From contig OZ116704.1 of assembly GCA_964199315.1 (NCBI GenBank), positions 14,508,001 to 14,572,000 on the forward strand: 64,000 bases of DNA, in the 5' to 3' direction. The translations under genes were made by a program, and so were the position numbers. Numbering within the stretch: position 1 is the stretch's first letter; each line of letters opens with the position of its first letter. A model generated the notes under the pieces. It saw only the letters and a list, made by a program, of their open reading frames with translations, made no database searches and was not told the origin of the DNA. This document shows positions 11,953 to 23,800 of the stretch, one piece after another. Origin of the DNA: Orbicella franksi. Taxonomy: Eukaryota.

Positions 11953-13437
11953 AAAAGTATAAACGTCACACTTTAAATTTTCTGTGGCTATTTAAGAGGC
12001 AAGGAAAGTTCCCGTCGTTCTGCGATGTTTATTGCGCAGTAGAAAAAACAATGTTTCAGAGAGATTTTAATGTTCGTAAATATTGTGTTTGGGACATACA
12101 GTTTGAGTAGAGAAGAGCTATGGAGAAATGGACGCAATTGAAGGTGCGTTTCCTCTTATTTGTTTGTAAACTGATGTATGGCTTAATAATCTGCGCTCTA
12201 AGCTCGGTCTTGTTCCATCTAATTGTTTCGACTAGGCCTGTTGTTGTACTTGAAACGGAAGGTAGTACGTAGATCGTGAAATTCTGATTCACTGTCTCTT
12301 TTGGTTTAAGTGTTAAGTTCTCATGATAGTTTTTGTCCGAATTTAGACTGCCTCGTTTCGTTCAGTTAGCATTTCGCAGCATTTCTGTGAAGTATCTTTA
12401 CAGTCAGTTTCGATGAGAAATGGAATGGCTCACTCGATTGATAAATTTTACTAGCTGTGGCCGTGTGTAACAGGATAAAACGACAAAAGTCTTCGTGAGC
12501 GCCACATTTTACTCTGGAATCTTTTTTAGCCAGTCTTTGTGGACTGATCTCAATGTTGCGTGATATGCGCGCTTCGTTTATTTGCATCGCAGTTTGGAAT
12601 CAAAATTGTCGTTTAGACAGTTTTAAAGCGGCTCTATGATTTGATAACTTTACAGAATGTACACATTTAAGCAAATAGCCAAATGTGTTAAGTACAGATC
12701 TCCCAACATTGAAGAGCAAAATGGCTTGTTATAAAAACTTAATTCCATGAGGCTTGTTCCTAGCGTGAGGTATCTGACTCAACAACAAAGAATGCTTGTT
12801 AATCAGTCCACCTTAGGAAGGGGAGGAGCGAAGGTAGGGAGAGAACCAATTTGGATCTCCTGCACCGCGCGCGTGTGGTTCTGAGCATTTCGAGACATGA
12901 CATGGCATTTAATTAAACGAGATGTTTTTCTTAGAATGCTTGTGTTGGAAGCGCATTTATCATTTACTGGGCTGTTTGATTATATATACAGTTCCGTCTC
13001 GTTTCTACCGCAGTGCAAGTATTTTAAAAGTTTAACTATATACGCGCGAAGCTTAGGTGGTTGGCCTACACTTGAAGTTTACAGATTCAGTTGGTACCCT
13101 AGATCGGCAAGCATCCTCTGTAATTCCTGATTCTTGCTCAAGTCGCTAAGCCGTTGAGAAAATGAAGTTTGATTTAAACTATGCCAGGTTAGATTTTCAC
13201 AAATGAATATAAACTGGCAACAAATGTTGAGCTAGCGAACGACAAGATGCTCGTGAATGTTACAATATTGTAACATGTCAAATAACTGACATCGGAGTTG
13301 CTAGGACTGATCGTAGCAATGTTTCATCGTGCGTGTGTTGCTTACACTGAATTCAGTAGTTCCTTGGCGTCGTATAAAAGTGTCATTCAGTGGATCGATA
13401 ATCACGTTGCGTTCATTGACAACAAGATGGAAGTCTC

Positions 13438-13908
13438 TTACCTTGGTTTTAATAAGTTGGCAAAAAAAGTTTTAGACATGGTGACGTCCTTTCCGCTTCC
13501 ATCTTCCATGGTATATTCTCCTTTAAAAGTAGACAGTATTTGCAAAGAAGTGGGTTACAAACAGTGACAATAAAATATCAGCGTGGCACGGTGTATTTCA
13601 AGAAATACCTCCTTGTCGGCGTCGAATCGTTATCATTTCTTCGGTACTCGTGATAATTTGTAAGCGCTTCACACTATTCACTTCTCTTTCGGAAAGCTTG
13701 TATGCTACTTGAACCGTAAACCCTGCAATTTTTCGAGAAAGTGTTTGCTGGAAACTTTCTCAGACTTTCGAAATAAGACGCAGCATATGTACTTACTCCG
13801 CCTTCGTAAGTCGTACATTATGACCGCTTCCAGATAGTTGCTCAAGACACCTCCCCATACTTGAACGAATTCGATAAAATCATTTACAGGATCTCCCGGC
13901 TGGGCCAT
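13438..13908 (-). CDS. Novel family member, 102 aa
   Basis: Exons 13908-13797, 13722-13609 and 13520-13438; phase-1 introns of 74 and 88 nt. Protein: MAQPGDPVNDFIEFVQVWGGVLSNYLEAVIMYDLRRR-RFTVQVAYKLSEREVNSVKRLQIITSTEEMITIRRRQG-GEYTMEDGSGKDVTMSKTFFANLLKPR*. Confidence 0.8.
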
Positions 13909-15148
13909 ATTGGGTTTGATTCGAAACTGAAGTTGTAATCTTTAAGTTGAAACTGCCCTCAACCTTTGCTCAGAACAACGTGTTTGAATCGGCGAGTGAT
14001 AAACCGATCATGCGCGCAAATTATGCTAATACCTTAATGACGGCAGCACCAGAATAATCTAATTTTAGTCCTCTCTGTCAACCAGCACGTTCTCTCACAC
14101 GCGTGCGCGTGAAAATGCGTCTCCCATATGCGCGCGGTAGCGTGCAAACGCTCGTTAGCGATTTCTTTCTTTTGAACCTGTCAAATAGAATCGAAGCTTT
14201 GCGTCATCGTCGGTTGCATGGCTCTAAACCTGTTTCTAATATTTGTCGAACTTAGTAGTCCTGCATATTTTTTTCCTGAGAAAGTTGAAGTATTTGCCCT
14301 TTGGCTTTGCTTGTCGCATATTGAATATGGTTATAAATTGGAGGGTTAGAGGTAGAGGGAAAATAGACTCGGATCAGTAGCACCTCGTGGGTTTCAATCG
14401 ATGTTTCTAGACGCTTGGCACATTACATAACATCTTTCACCACCCGCGAGATTCGTGTTTTCATCTTAAGTCTTGTCATGTCCAAAAGGCTGTGAATTAC
14501 ACTATACTTCGGGCGCACCAAATGACGAGCCATTTCACACAAAACAATTTCACAAGGTTGATATTTCACTGATTTTATTTATCGATCAGTCACATCATCA
14601 TTGAATCCTTTTGCAAAGGTGTCTTTCTTTCGTGATCAACCTCGTCAACGTGGTGTCGAAGCTGTCGAGGAAATTGACCTTTCGTCAAGCCTTTGACAAC
14701 ATGACGTTTACAAATAACTGCATAACAGGAACAAAGCTCAGCTTACTCAAACTTGGATACGCGCGCAAATCTGTTAGTTTCACTGAATAGATAACTCATA
14801 GAGAGCTGATGTTATTCTTTGATTATGCGTCCTAACAAACCAGCAGAAGACATTTTACTAAGGCTCTAACTGGGCACCTCAGAATGCAAACATCGTAGAT
14901 GTTCGTTTGTTTTATTTTGTAGTTGAATTCTACAGACTAATTCGAACAACAGTATTCAAGAGTAGGTTGTATTTTCAGTGCGCTTGTGTTGGTTGGAGTT
15001 GAAAGACCTTTTCTGTTTCTCGGTTAGTAATAAAATCAAGATTTCATTTTAGGAAACAAGATGCTTTCTTAAACGCGAGACACTGGTTTTGATCCAGTTG
15101 AATCGATAATTAAAGTGCGCTCGATAAATGCATGTTATATTTCTTACC

Positions 15149-15580
15149 TCACTCATAATATATTCGTTTCTTTGTGAGAACGTGTCCTCCTTTGATGATC
15201 TCGTAACCTTAAAAGAAAACATGTTTCTTGTAGCATAGCTTTGCTAACTTCATGTTAAAATTGATCATTTGGTGAAATAACTCAGAAGTCTTTACCTGTT
15301 TTACTCTTTCGCTGAATTTCAACGATTTCTGCGTCAGATGTTACGAGCTTGAAGTGATCCCTATTTCCCGAAATCTTTCGTCCTAACTGGACTTCAATTG
15401 CTGTAACAAGTACAAATAAATGTTACCTGTTGGAATGATTCTGGAAAGGTGCGCGAGCAAGAGGAATTCAGCAGCATTACCTCCGGTTGAGTCATAAATT
15501 ATGATTGCCACAGGATTGACACTATAATGGTGCTCCCAAATTTTGATCATTTCAACAAAATTGTTCTTCGGATCGTCCAT
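15149..15580 (-). CDS. Novel family member, 87 aa
   Basis: Exons 15580-15481, 15400-15296 and 15207-15149; introns of 80 and 88 nt. Protein: MDDPKNNFVEMIKIWEHHYSVNPVAIIIYDSTG-AIEVQLGRKISGNRDHFKLVTSDAEIVEIQRKSKT-GYEIIKGGHVLTKKRIYYE*. A GTAAGA donor follows the TGA after 1 nt. Confidence 0.85.
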
Positions 15581-16692
15581 GTTCAGTTTTAAAACTTCTC
15601 TCGCGGTACGGTAAGTGGTATTTCTAAGTTGCATATGACGTGGATTCCAAGCGCGCCCACCTATTAGGTTTATCGGCGCCAATGACGTGTTTGCGCAGAC
15701 AAAAGCGCCCAGAAATATCTTTTGTAAACAGATTTTTGTTGATATTGGGTGGTTACCCACGTTGACTAATAACCGCAACAATTTCGCGCGCGTAGGGCGT
15801 CTTTTTCGTCTCGCGCCGTTTCCTGTTACATGTACAGAGCTATTTTTTATTCGCGTCACTTTTGAACGCGAACAGAGAAATCTAAGAATCTTAGTAACGC
15901 AGAAATTGTGTAGCTGATTGCCATGTTCATCCAGTGAAGGATATTTAAGTCAAAATATTTGCCCTCGGGCTGCTTTACAAACCTGCAGTTCTAATTATGT
16001 GATCTCTCTTCAACTGTAACTACAATTAGTTTCCGCGCAAAGCAAAGAGGAGGGACTGAAGATTCAAAGAGGTGTTATTTTGATCACGGGACATGGAGAT
16101 GAGCATTTATGTCCGCAACTTCGTCATGTTTTGAAAGGTAGCTCTCTAGTCCTCGCTGATTCGTTGCCCTTTTTTGGTCGCTGTTGCCGGAATTTGTTCT
16201 AGTTCGCGCAAAGCAGATCATATGCTTACGCAGAGGTGCCGAAAGTTGTGCGCGTAAAAGCTGATGGCTCGCCTGTCAAATGTTCGAACGCAGTTTGACC
16301 CGAGCGCTTCTATATGCGCGCGCGAAACTTGCTCGAGCATTTACACGGGCCATTTTACGCACAAGTAGATGGTATGTTTTAGGTCTGTTAGCGAGTAAAA
16401 CTCGGTCATGGGAAGGACGTATGATAAATCGCCTTAAAAAAATTACACATACACTCGTTTCTCCTTTCAAAATGTGTTCTTTATAAACTTAACACTATAC
16501 AATGCTTTGAGCAGTTTGCAGACATCCAAGCTTTCCATAATATTCTGCAAGCAAAATCACAAAGGAGAACATTATAATCGGTAAATCGACAAATTGTAGC
16601 CATTTTAGAGAAAAACATGCATCTAGTTACAGACATTTTCTTAAATCTCGTAAAGTACAATTTGGATGAGTGAGGTGTTTCACTTCCTTACC

Positions 16693-17666
16693 TTAATACT
16701 TTGAAATCTTGTACATTTTCTCAACTTTTATCCAAGTGCAACAATCGTCGACCCGATACCCTGTTGTGAAGAATAAAAAGAAGTATTTTTTGACGTTGAA
16801 GTGATTTGATTCACTTTACGTCTCAATTCTCGATACAATAGAAACACTCTGCCAAACAAGCAAGCCAAGAGAATTAAGAAAATTGTCGACTAGAAGACAT
16901 CGTCGTGGGGGAGTTTAAGCAAACCACAGGCGTAACGCCAACAAGAGCGTCGCTAAAAACGTTCCATGAGAAGACCAGTATCTGTACTCGTGCGTTATTT
17001 ATCTTGGTACATTTCTTTGCCGTCTCTGCAAAACAACTTGAAGTGATCAAATTCTGTGTTACGCCGGCGAGAACGGCAACCACATGGTCAAGACTTAATT
17101 TTTCTGTTTAGAATTAAATGCTGTAACTCGATATTCATTTGAAAGATGGCTTTTACATGCGGCAGGTAAATTGAATAACTGTAAATTATGCGGCAGTTTT
17201 TTGTTAAAATATCAACTCCTGTTTTAATTCACGCGGTACTCGCCGTCGAAGTCGTAGTTGTTGAGACTCCCTTTGAAAAGAAATCCACGGCCGTGTGCGA
17301 ACAGAAAGGAAAGTTAATAATAGGTAATGTGATCGTCCATACAAACCTCCTCCTGGATCTCGCGTGATGTGGAATTCGCATCCTCCCTTAGCTTTGACTG
17401 TTAATTTAGTTGGTGTGTTCGTTTGTGTTCGTGGTGGCGTTTTTCGGATAATTCGTCCAGTCAGGGCCGTGAAATCTAACAGAATTCAACTCAAATCTAA
17501 ATAAATTTAAAACTTTCTGCAAAGTGAAATTGTGGTATAAACACCAACCTCCAGTGCTTGAGTCATACTGTAACATGACATTGGAACAGCACAGAGGAAA
17601 TCGCCTTCCAACATGCACATCTTCAAAAAAGTCGTTTGTAGGATCGTCTGGATCAAAAGGTGGCAT
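16693..17666 (-). CDS. Novel family member (long-intron-2 subfamily), 104 aa
   Basis: Exons 17666-17549, 17475-17347 and 16760-16693; introns of 73 and 586 nt. Protein: MPPFDPDDPTNDFFEDVHVGRRFPLCCSNVMLQYDSSTG-DFTALTGRIIRKTPPRTQTNTPTKLTVKAKGGCEFHITRDPGG-GYRVDDCCTWIKVEKMYKISKY*. TATAAAA lies ~35 nt upstream of the ATG, and GTAAGG follows the stop after 1 nt. Confidence 0.85.
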
Positions 17667-17700
17667 TTTTCCTCAGATCGTTTTGATAGATGTTTCCGTC

Positions 17701-17861
17701 TTTTATAGCGAATCAATAGTTGTTTTCGCGTGAGCAATGTTATTCTGGAAATCTGCTTCGCTAAACAAAAGTTTGTCAAATTAGGTCTTTGGGCGGAGCA
17801 GGAGGAAGGGAGAAAACCGATTTTGAACAGATCGTCCTAAGATCGTTTTTACGTGACGTCA
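17701..17861 (-). promoter_or_regulatory. Promoter module: TATA box (17707-17701), GC box (17791-17799), perfect CRE TGACGTCA (17854-17861)
   Basis: The motifs are read directly. Matching elements occur upstream of two paralogues: 40715-40720, 40839-40847 and 40902-40909; and 46050-46058 and 46125-46132. Confidence 0.6.
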
Positions 17862-20800
17862 TCAAGTTCTAAAATCTTCGAGATGATAAACGTAAGTTAG
17901 TAATTCTATTTGAAATATTACGTATGCACAATTTTCTAGGCACAAAACATGACCTTTATTTCTTTCTCGCTACAGTGCTATGGAAAGGTTGCGTTGTTTT
18001 TCTCACTGGCGTGCGCGTGTTAGTCGTGGGTGTGCTTGTAATAGATTCACGCGCCCTCTCGCGCGCACGTTTCATTCTCGGACGACTGCTGGCTGTGCGT
18101 TTGTTTATGTATTTCCTCGCAGTTAATTTCAGTCTCTTCGACGCGAACGAATATTTTAGCGCCACATTTGTTTCTTGCTGGTTTGAATTTGATTTCTTAT
18201 GAGTTGTTTGCTCGTTTAAAACTCCTTTTGTCTTAGCAGCAAGCTCTATTTTCTTGTGCGTGGCTCATCAAATCTCTAATCTTTCCCTGTACGCTTGAAT
18301 GGAATAATTCAAGTCTAGTGGGCGGAGCAGGAAGAAAGGAGAGAATCGATTTTGAACAGACTAATGTGTCAGAAGTCTATACTCATTTCCGACTTGTCGA
18401 CGGCGCATTATATCCTGTTTAGAAAGTGTAGGGTAATTCCATTTTGACAGCAATTGGTCCTTTTTCTAAGCCTCATAACTAATGGTGTGCAATTTTTGAC
18501 CTTGAGCGTACAAAGTGAATACAAATGAATTATACTATTGCAGTAGAGCAGGACTTTTGTGGCTTGAAAGCTGTTTTGAGGGTGCAGTCGTCGGATGTGG
18601 TTGTTTCGTGAGTAGACCTAGACAAATAAAATCCGTTCATTTTAAATGTTGCACGCGTCCCTTCTCGCGCGCTACTCCCTGTTGGTTGTTTTCATTTTTT
18701 AATTAGCATCACTTCTTGACGAACACAGGGAAAGCGAAGGAGCGAAACTGTATAGCTAATCGACACATTTATCCATCTTAGCGTATCAGAAGTCAAATAT
18801 TTGCCCTTGCGTCGCTTGTTGGAAGCGCGCCTTTATTTATGCTTCTCTTTCCTACGAAGTGTGAATTTCTAAGGTGCATATGACATGGATTCGAAGCGCG
18901 CCGACGTAATAACTTTGTCGGCGCCAATTGCGTCAGAGCTACTTGTTTGTGCAGACAAAACGGCCAGAAATTACTTTTATAAGCAGATTTTTGTTGATAT
19001 TGGGTGGCTGCCCACGGCGACTAATAACCACAACAGTCTCGCGGGTGTAGTGGGTTTTTTAAATGCGCGCGTTTTCCTGTTGCAAGAACCACGGCTTTTT
19101 TTTATTCGCGTCACTTCTATACCCGTACAAAGAAATCTAAGAAGTCTAGTAACGCCAGAAATTGTGTAGGTGATTGCTATGTTCGTCCGCTTGAGCATAT
19201 CCAGGTCAAAATATTTGCCCTTGGGCTGCTTGTCAGACGTGCAGCTTTGATTATGTCGATCTCTCTCCAACTGTGCATACACTTGGTTTCCGAGAAATGA
19301 GGAGGGACCGAAAATTCAAAGAGGTGTTATTTCAATCACTGGACTTGGAGATGAGCATTTATGTCCGCAATTGCGTCATGTTAGAAAAAATAAAGCGCAT
19401 TTTCTTGACTTTTCGTTGACTCATCGTATCTGTTGCCGTTCTCGCGCAAAATAAAACAAGTAGACTTAAACCACGAAATTGACATTTATTGGGTTAACTG
19501 CATTGTCACAATGCCTTTCCTTTGACTTTCTTCGCCTTATCAGACCATTCTTCTTTACTCCATGTGTTGTCACTCGTTCTGTTGGTAGAGTTAATGTTGG
19601 TTCATTTACTGTATACTTGCGTCGAATTGCGTGCAAATTTGATCTCGATCAAAGTGATCGTAAGTCAGTGTAAGTGCGCGTAAGGTCTGGCCAAACGGAG
19701 TCGCAAGTAGACCCAAGTTTTCTACGTGCGTCTACTTGCGAATAATGTCTTTCCAAATGCACGCCTGGCAAACATAGTTCGAGAATCTCCTAACCTATGG
19801 GAAGACCAACAAATGTCTTATCACAAATTGCCCTTTACAAGCAAGTGCAACTTCCCTCGTAAAACAAATTTTGCAAATCGCGATATACGTTTCGGAGATG
19901 CAGACTTTTGGGTTCGACCCTCTAGAGTAATATGGGTCAAGATCAGTGATCCAAGATTACTCAGATCATATATGGCCAATCAAAGGAACCGATGAATCCA
20001 TTCTGCTCTCCAATTTTTCGGCTCCTGAGATGCACCATGATCCGAGCGATCTAAGATCATTGGTCCTGATCCAGATTACCCCAAAGGAACGCACCCTTAG
20101 CTAGACTCCTTCGCAGCTGTTACATAGTTGGTCCCACAACGCTTCTACTAACGCTAGTAACTTTCCACAGGGGGTGAAGCGTTGCGTGACGACAAAGGGA
20201 GACTGTGCAGGGTTGATACCCTGCGGAGATTCCTGATGATGAAAACACGAGTAAAATACTTGGTCCACTCTGTACAATCACTTACAAGTGGCCGAAGCAA
20301 GGAAAAAAGTATGGGCATTCACGGTTGATATTTTACAGTCACGTCAGTTGAGCGCACAGTTTTGTTGCGATTGTCTGGGGATCTGGGGACGAGTCGCCCC
20401 AGGGCGTACCTGGTCGCCCGGACAAAGGTAGCGCCTTGGCAATAGCGTCGATCGCGCAACAGAGCGATGCAGAGGGATCAACTGCACCAAGTGAGCTAAA
20501 AGGGTATGTATTTCAAACGTTCTTGTTCTACATTATCAGGGCGAAGTATTATCTGTTAAAGATGTTGATAGCAAGCTAAGCAAATCTGCAAGGCATGATG
20601 CACAAACTACACAAATACTCTTGACGCGTTTAGGACAACACACTCAATACGATTTACGATAAGCTTAATTTCATAACATGAAGCTAAGCAATGTCTTTTT
20701 AATATTGGTGCAATTTACACTCTATTATACGAACAAAATCTACAAAAAACATGCTACAGAAACTTGTCCGCTACGTTCAAACTGGTGAGCCTTTTCTCGC

Positions 20801-23800
20801 TTTCTTCATTTGCTTTGGCCATTATAGTAAATTACTGAAATCCCCACGTGGCGCTTTAATGAAAAAGCCCTGACGATGAAAGACAAATGATTGGGTTAAT
20901 ACAACTGCAGACACAAAACTGAACAAAGATTGTTTTGTTATCACTAAAATATCTATGTTTCACAGAGCACTCAATCGTAAAGATGAAAATACCAGTTCTC
21001 TTTACTGGTTTTAATACAATTCTTATTTGGGGTGGTTATGGGAATTTGATGGAGACCAAGAAATCGAGGGCGTTTTCATTATGCAAGAGCGAGTGGTCAG
21101 AGACCAGTGGGAATGCCCGAAGAAAATGGAACAACATTTTCCGATCAAACCGGGCCATCCAAAAGGAATGGCTGTTACCCTTTTTGTTTTCCTTTTCCGA
21201 ATTCCCTACATAATTGAAGAGACGTAGAGCAATGAACTGGCTTGTCAAAATGGAACAGCAAATCTTGGTTGGAATATTCTGACCAGAATATTCGGGAACA
21301 CAGCTGATCCCGAATATTCCGGTTGAAAGGAATTGAAGCGGACCTTTCCATTTGATTTCCGACCAAAATTTCTGGAATCTTTGGCCTAATGGAAAGCATG
21401 CCTAGACTCTCGCTAGGTGGTCATTTGATCGGTCACTTGCCTGCTCCTATCAAATGATTTCATGATCGGAATTCAGCAAAATGACCTTTACAAACTGGTA
21501 ATAAAATACTATTGAGCCTACCCCAATGAATATTATCTCATGGTTTGAAGTGGTCTCCCCTTTGTAATACCCTGGGTGCCAGAAGCTTTTCTTGCTGGTC
21601 AGTGTAAAACGTAGACTGCATGCGGACTGCAGACTGGAGACCGGGGGTAAAATACAGACTGAGGGGTAAAATGCAGACAGCAGACTACAGACCTTTTAAG
21701 TATATATTGGATTATTTCCAGTATCAAGTGCTAACCGTAAACAGGGTTATTCAGGCTAACCACAGTGAAGGTCTGCACTCCCGTTAGACTGAATACCACT
21801 TGGGTTAGCCTAAATAATGCTCTGGTTAGCCTGCTTACGGCTAGCTGTCAATGATGAAAATAGCAACACAATTCATACTATAGTATGCAGTCTGCCTTTT
21901 ACCCCAGTGACGTCTGCAGTCTGTGTTGCTTTTCTTGCTCGATTTCCGATTTCAGTCAGGACTCAATTGATTGTAAACTGTCTTGCAGCTTTTGGGGTCA
22001 TAGTGTTGGCCTCTGGTCAATATCAATCCCACAGCACAAAAGAAAAGTCTCTTTGGCTTCCAGGGTACTATTATGGGGTGTAATCAGATTTCATACTGGC
22101 ACCAGTTTCATTCTGTTATTTGCAGCAATATTTCATTTTGCATCTCCTTACTGAATCTGTTTTCATGCACATACAAGTTTCATTCTGAGACAAAGTGGTT
22201 CAAAGCACATGTCTGGTCCTGGTGCTAGGGGGACTCCCTTTTGAAAAGGTCGAAGGTGCTTGTCATCTTGCTTAGGGGTATAAATCAAGGATTCTGATCT
22301 CACTAAGGTGTTCATGACAAAAAGTCACTATTTTTAGCTGTCAAGGTAAGTAATAATAATAAGCTGCTCGTATCTCTGATTTTGGGCTCATAGGCTAGTC
22401 TCTCAAGTCTACAGGCTCCTTTTCCAAACAGCAGCCGGTAATAAAGCCTATTGTGCAGTTCCAGAAAATATCCCTACTTCCCATAGAGAATAAATTGGAA
22501 TTTCCTGGGGGGTTGGGGGGGGGGGGGGGGAGGTTTGTAAGACCAAAGCATTTAAAGAGGTATGAAGCTTAATTGGAATTTCCAGGGGTGGTGGTGGGGG
22601 GTCTTGAAAAAAGTCCCTTCCGTGGCGAAGGTATGGATATTTTCTGGAACTACACATTCCGTTTTAAGTGGTATCTTTTAGGGGTCAAAATAATGCTCAA
22701 GCCACATCCAGATTGGTCTCATTTAGGGGTTCAATATAAATTTTCTGACAAGCATCCCCAATCTTTTCATATAGAAGTCCCCCCCCCCCCCCAGGGTCTG
22801 GTCTCTGAATTAGCACTGAAATGAGTAGTCACACATTCATGGCATTTTCATTTTGCCTTTACCAAAATGAACATCTGTTAAATAATCCAAGATGAACTCA
22901 TTGGATACCACTGCATCATTATAAAACGCATACCTGATGTTTCATGTAAATTAACACCACCTTAAATGCCTGGTTGGGGGGGTACTCTGTAAATCTCTCC
23001 AGGGTAGGGTTGTGCCATTGGGACACTGAAACCCTTACCTTATACTAGGGGTCTCATTAAGGATTTCAGCAGAAAGGCAACTGGTTTTCACAGGTGCCAA
23101 AACTATTGGAACTGAACTTCTTTGTAAGAAAAACTTCCCACTAGATGGTTAAACCAGCCGGGTAAATTGTCCTCACAGCTGTTCAGTTTGCACCGTGTCC
23201 AGCCCTTTAAATGAAACCCCTGCTACACTAGACATGATTGACTTGAATTTGGAATTTTATTCTAGACTAGGCACCAAAAACCCCTACCCTATCTCAGAAT
23301 GGCTATTTTCCATGCAGAAACCGAATTACAGTCATAGTCCAGCAATTGTTTATACAATGGCCACTTTTCTGATAAATTATACCCTATTCTGGACCAAAAC
23401 TGTCTGATTTTCTACACCCTATCCCAGACCAAACTGCCTGAAAACCATGCTCTTCACAGTGGTACATAGCCCGGCATTAAGTTTATATAAGTGAATTCTA
23501 TGTCTCTAGGTATGGAGCTGCTGTAACTTAAAAAGGAGTGACTGAGAAACAAGAAATATAAGTTTATTGAGTGATTTCAATAATAATTTAATGAAAAAGT
23601 CAGTTGTGGATCTCCTTAGAGATTGAGTTCAAATTTATAACATTGTTTCTCTTTTTAAGTTAAATTTTAGAAATATTGGTTAATTTGGAGGAGGGAGATC
23701 TGTTGAAAACTTTGAAGTCAAGGTGAGAACTGAGAATATTGTAATAATTATTAATTTTACTTTTATCATCATATTGGGTGCAAGCATGAAATCAGACAAT

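Larger units (their letters stand above)
1..19699. repeat. Tandem segmental duplication, copy A (left end probably outside the window)
   Basis: Position 1 (gtcgcaagtagacccaag) recurs at 19700. The sequences stay collinear, roughly 90% identical by eye, to about 17995 vs 41045. Then 18000-18170 matches 42185-42360 and 18790-18870 matches 42405-42490. Confidence 0.95.

Noticed and set aside
13330-13410. DPLNDTF / DPTNDKF motif after exon 3, resembling the family N-terminus
   Set aside because: It is very short, lies within the predicted 3'UTR intron, has no start or splice support, and the two copies diverge in frame.
15383-15859. 158-aa ORF-track call, and similar calls at 13705, 17406, 38324, 40399, 49516, 49791 and 53376
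   Set aside because: These are single exons read on into introns or upstream DNA, often from non-ATG starts. The spliced models explain the conserved parts.
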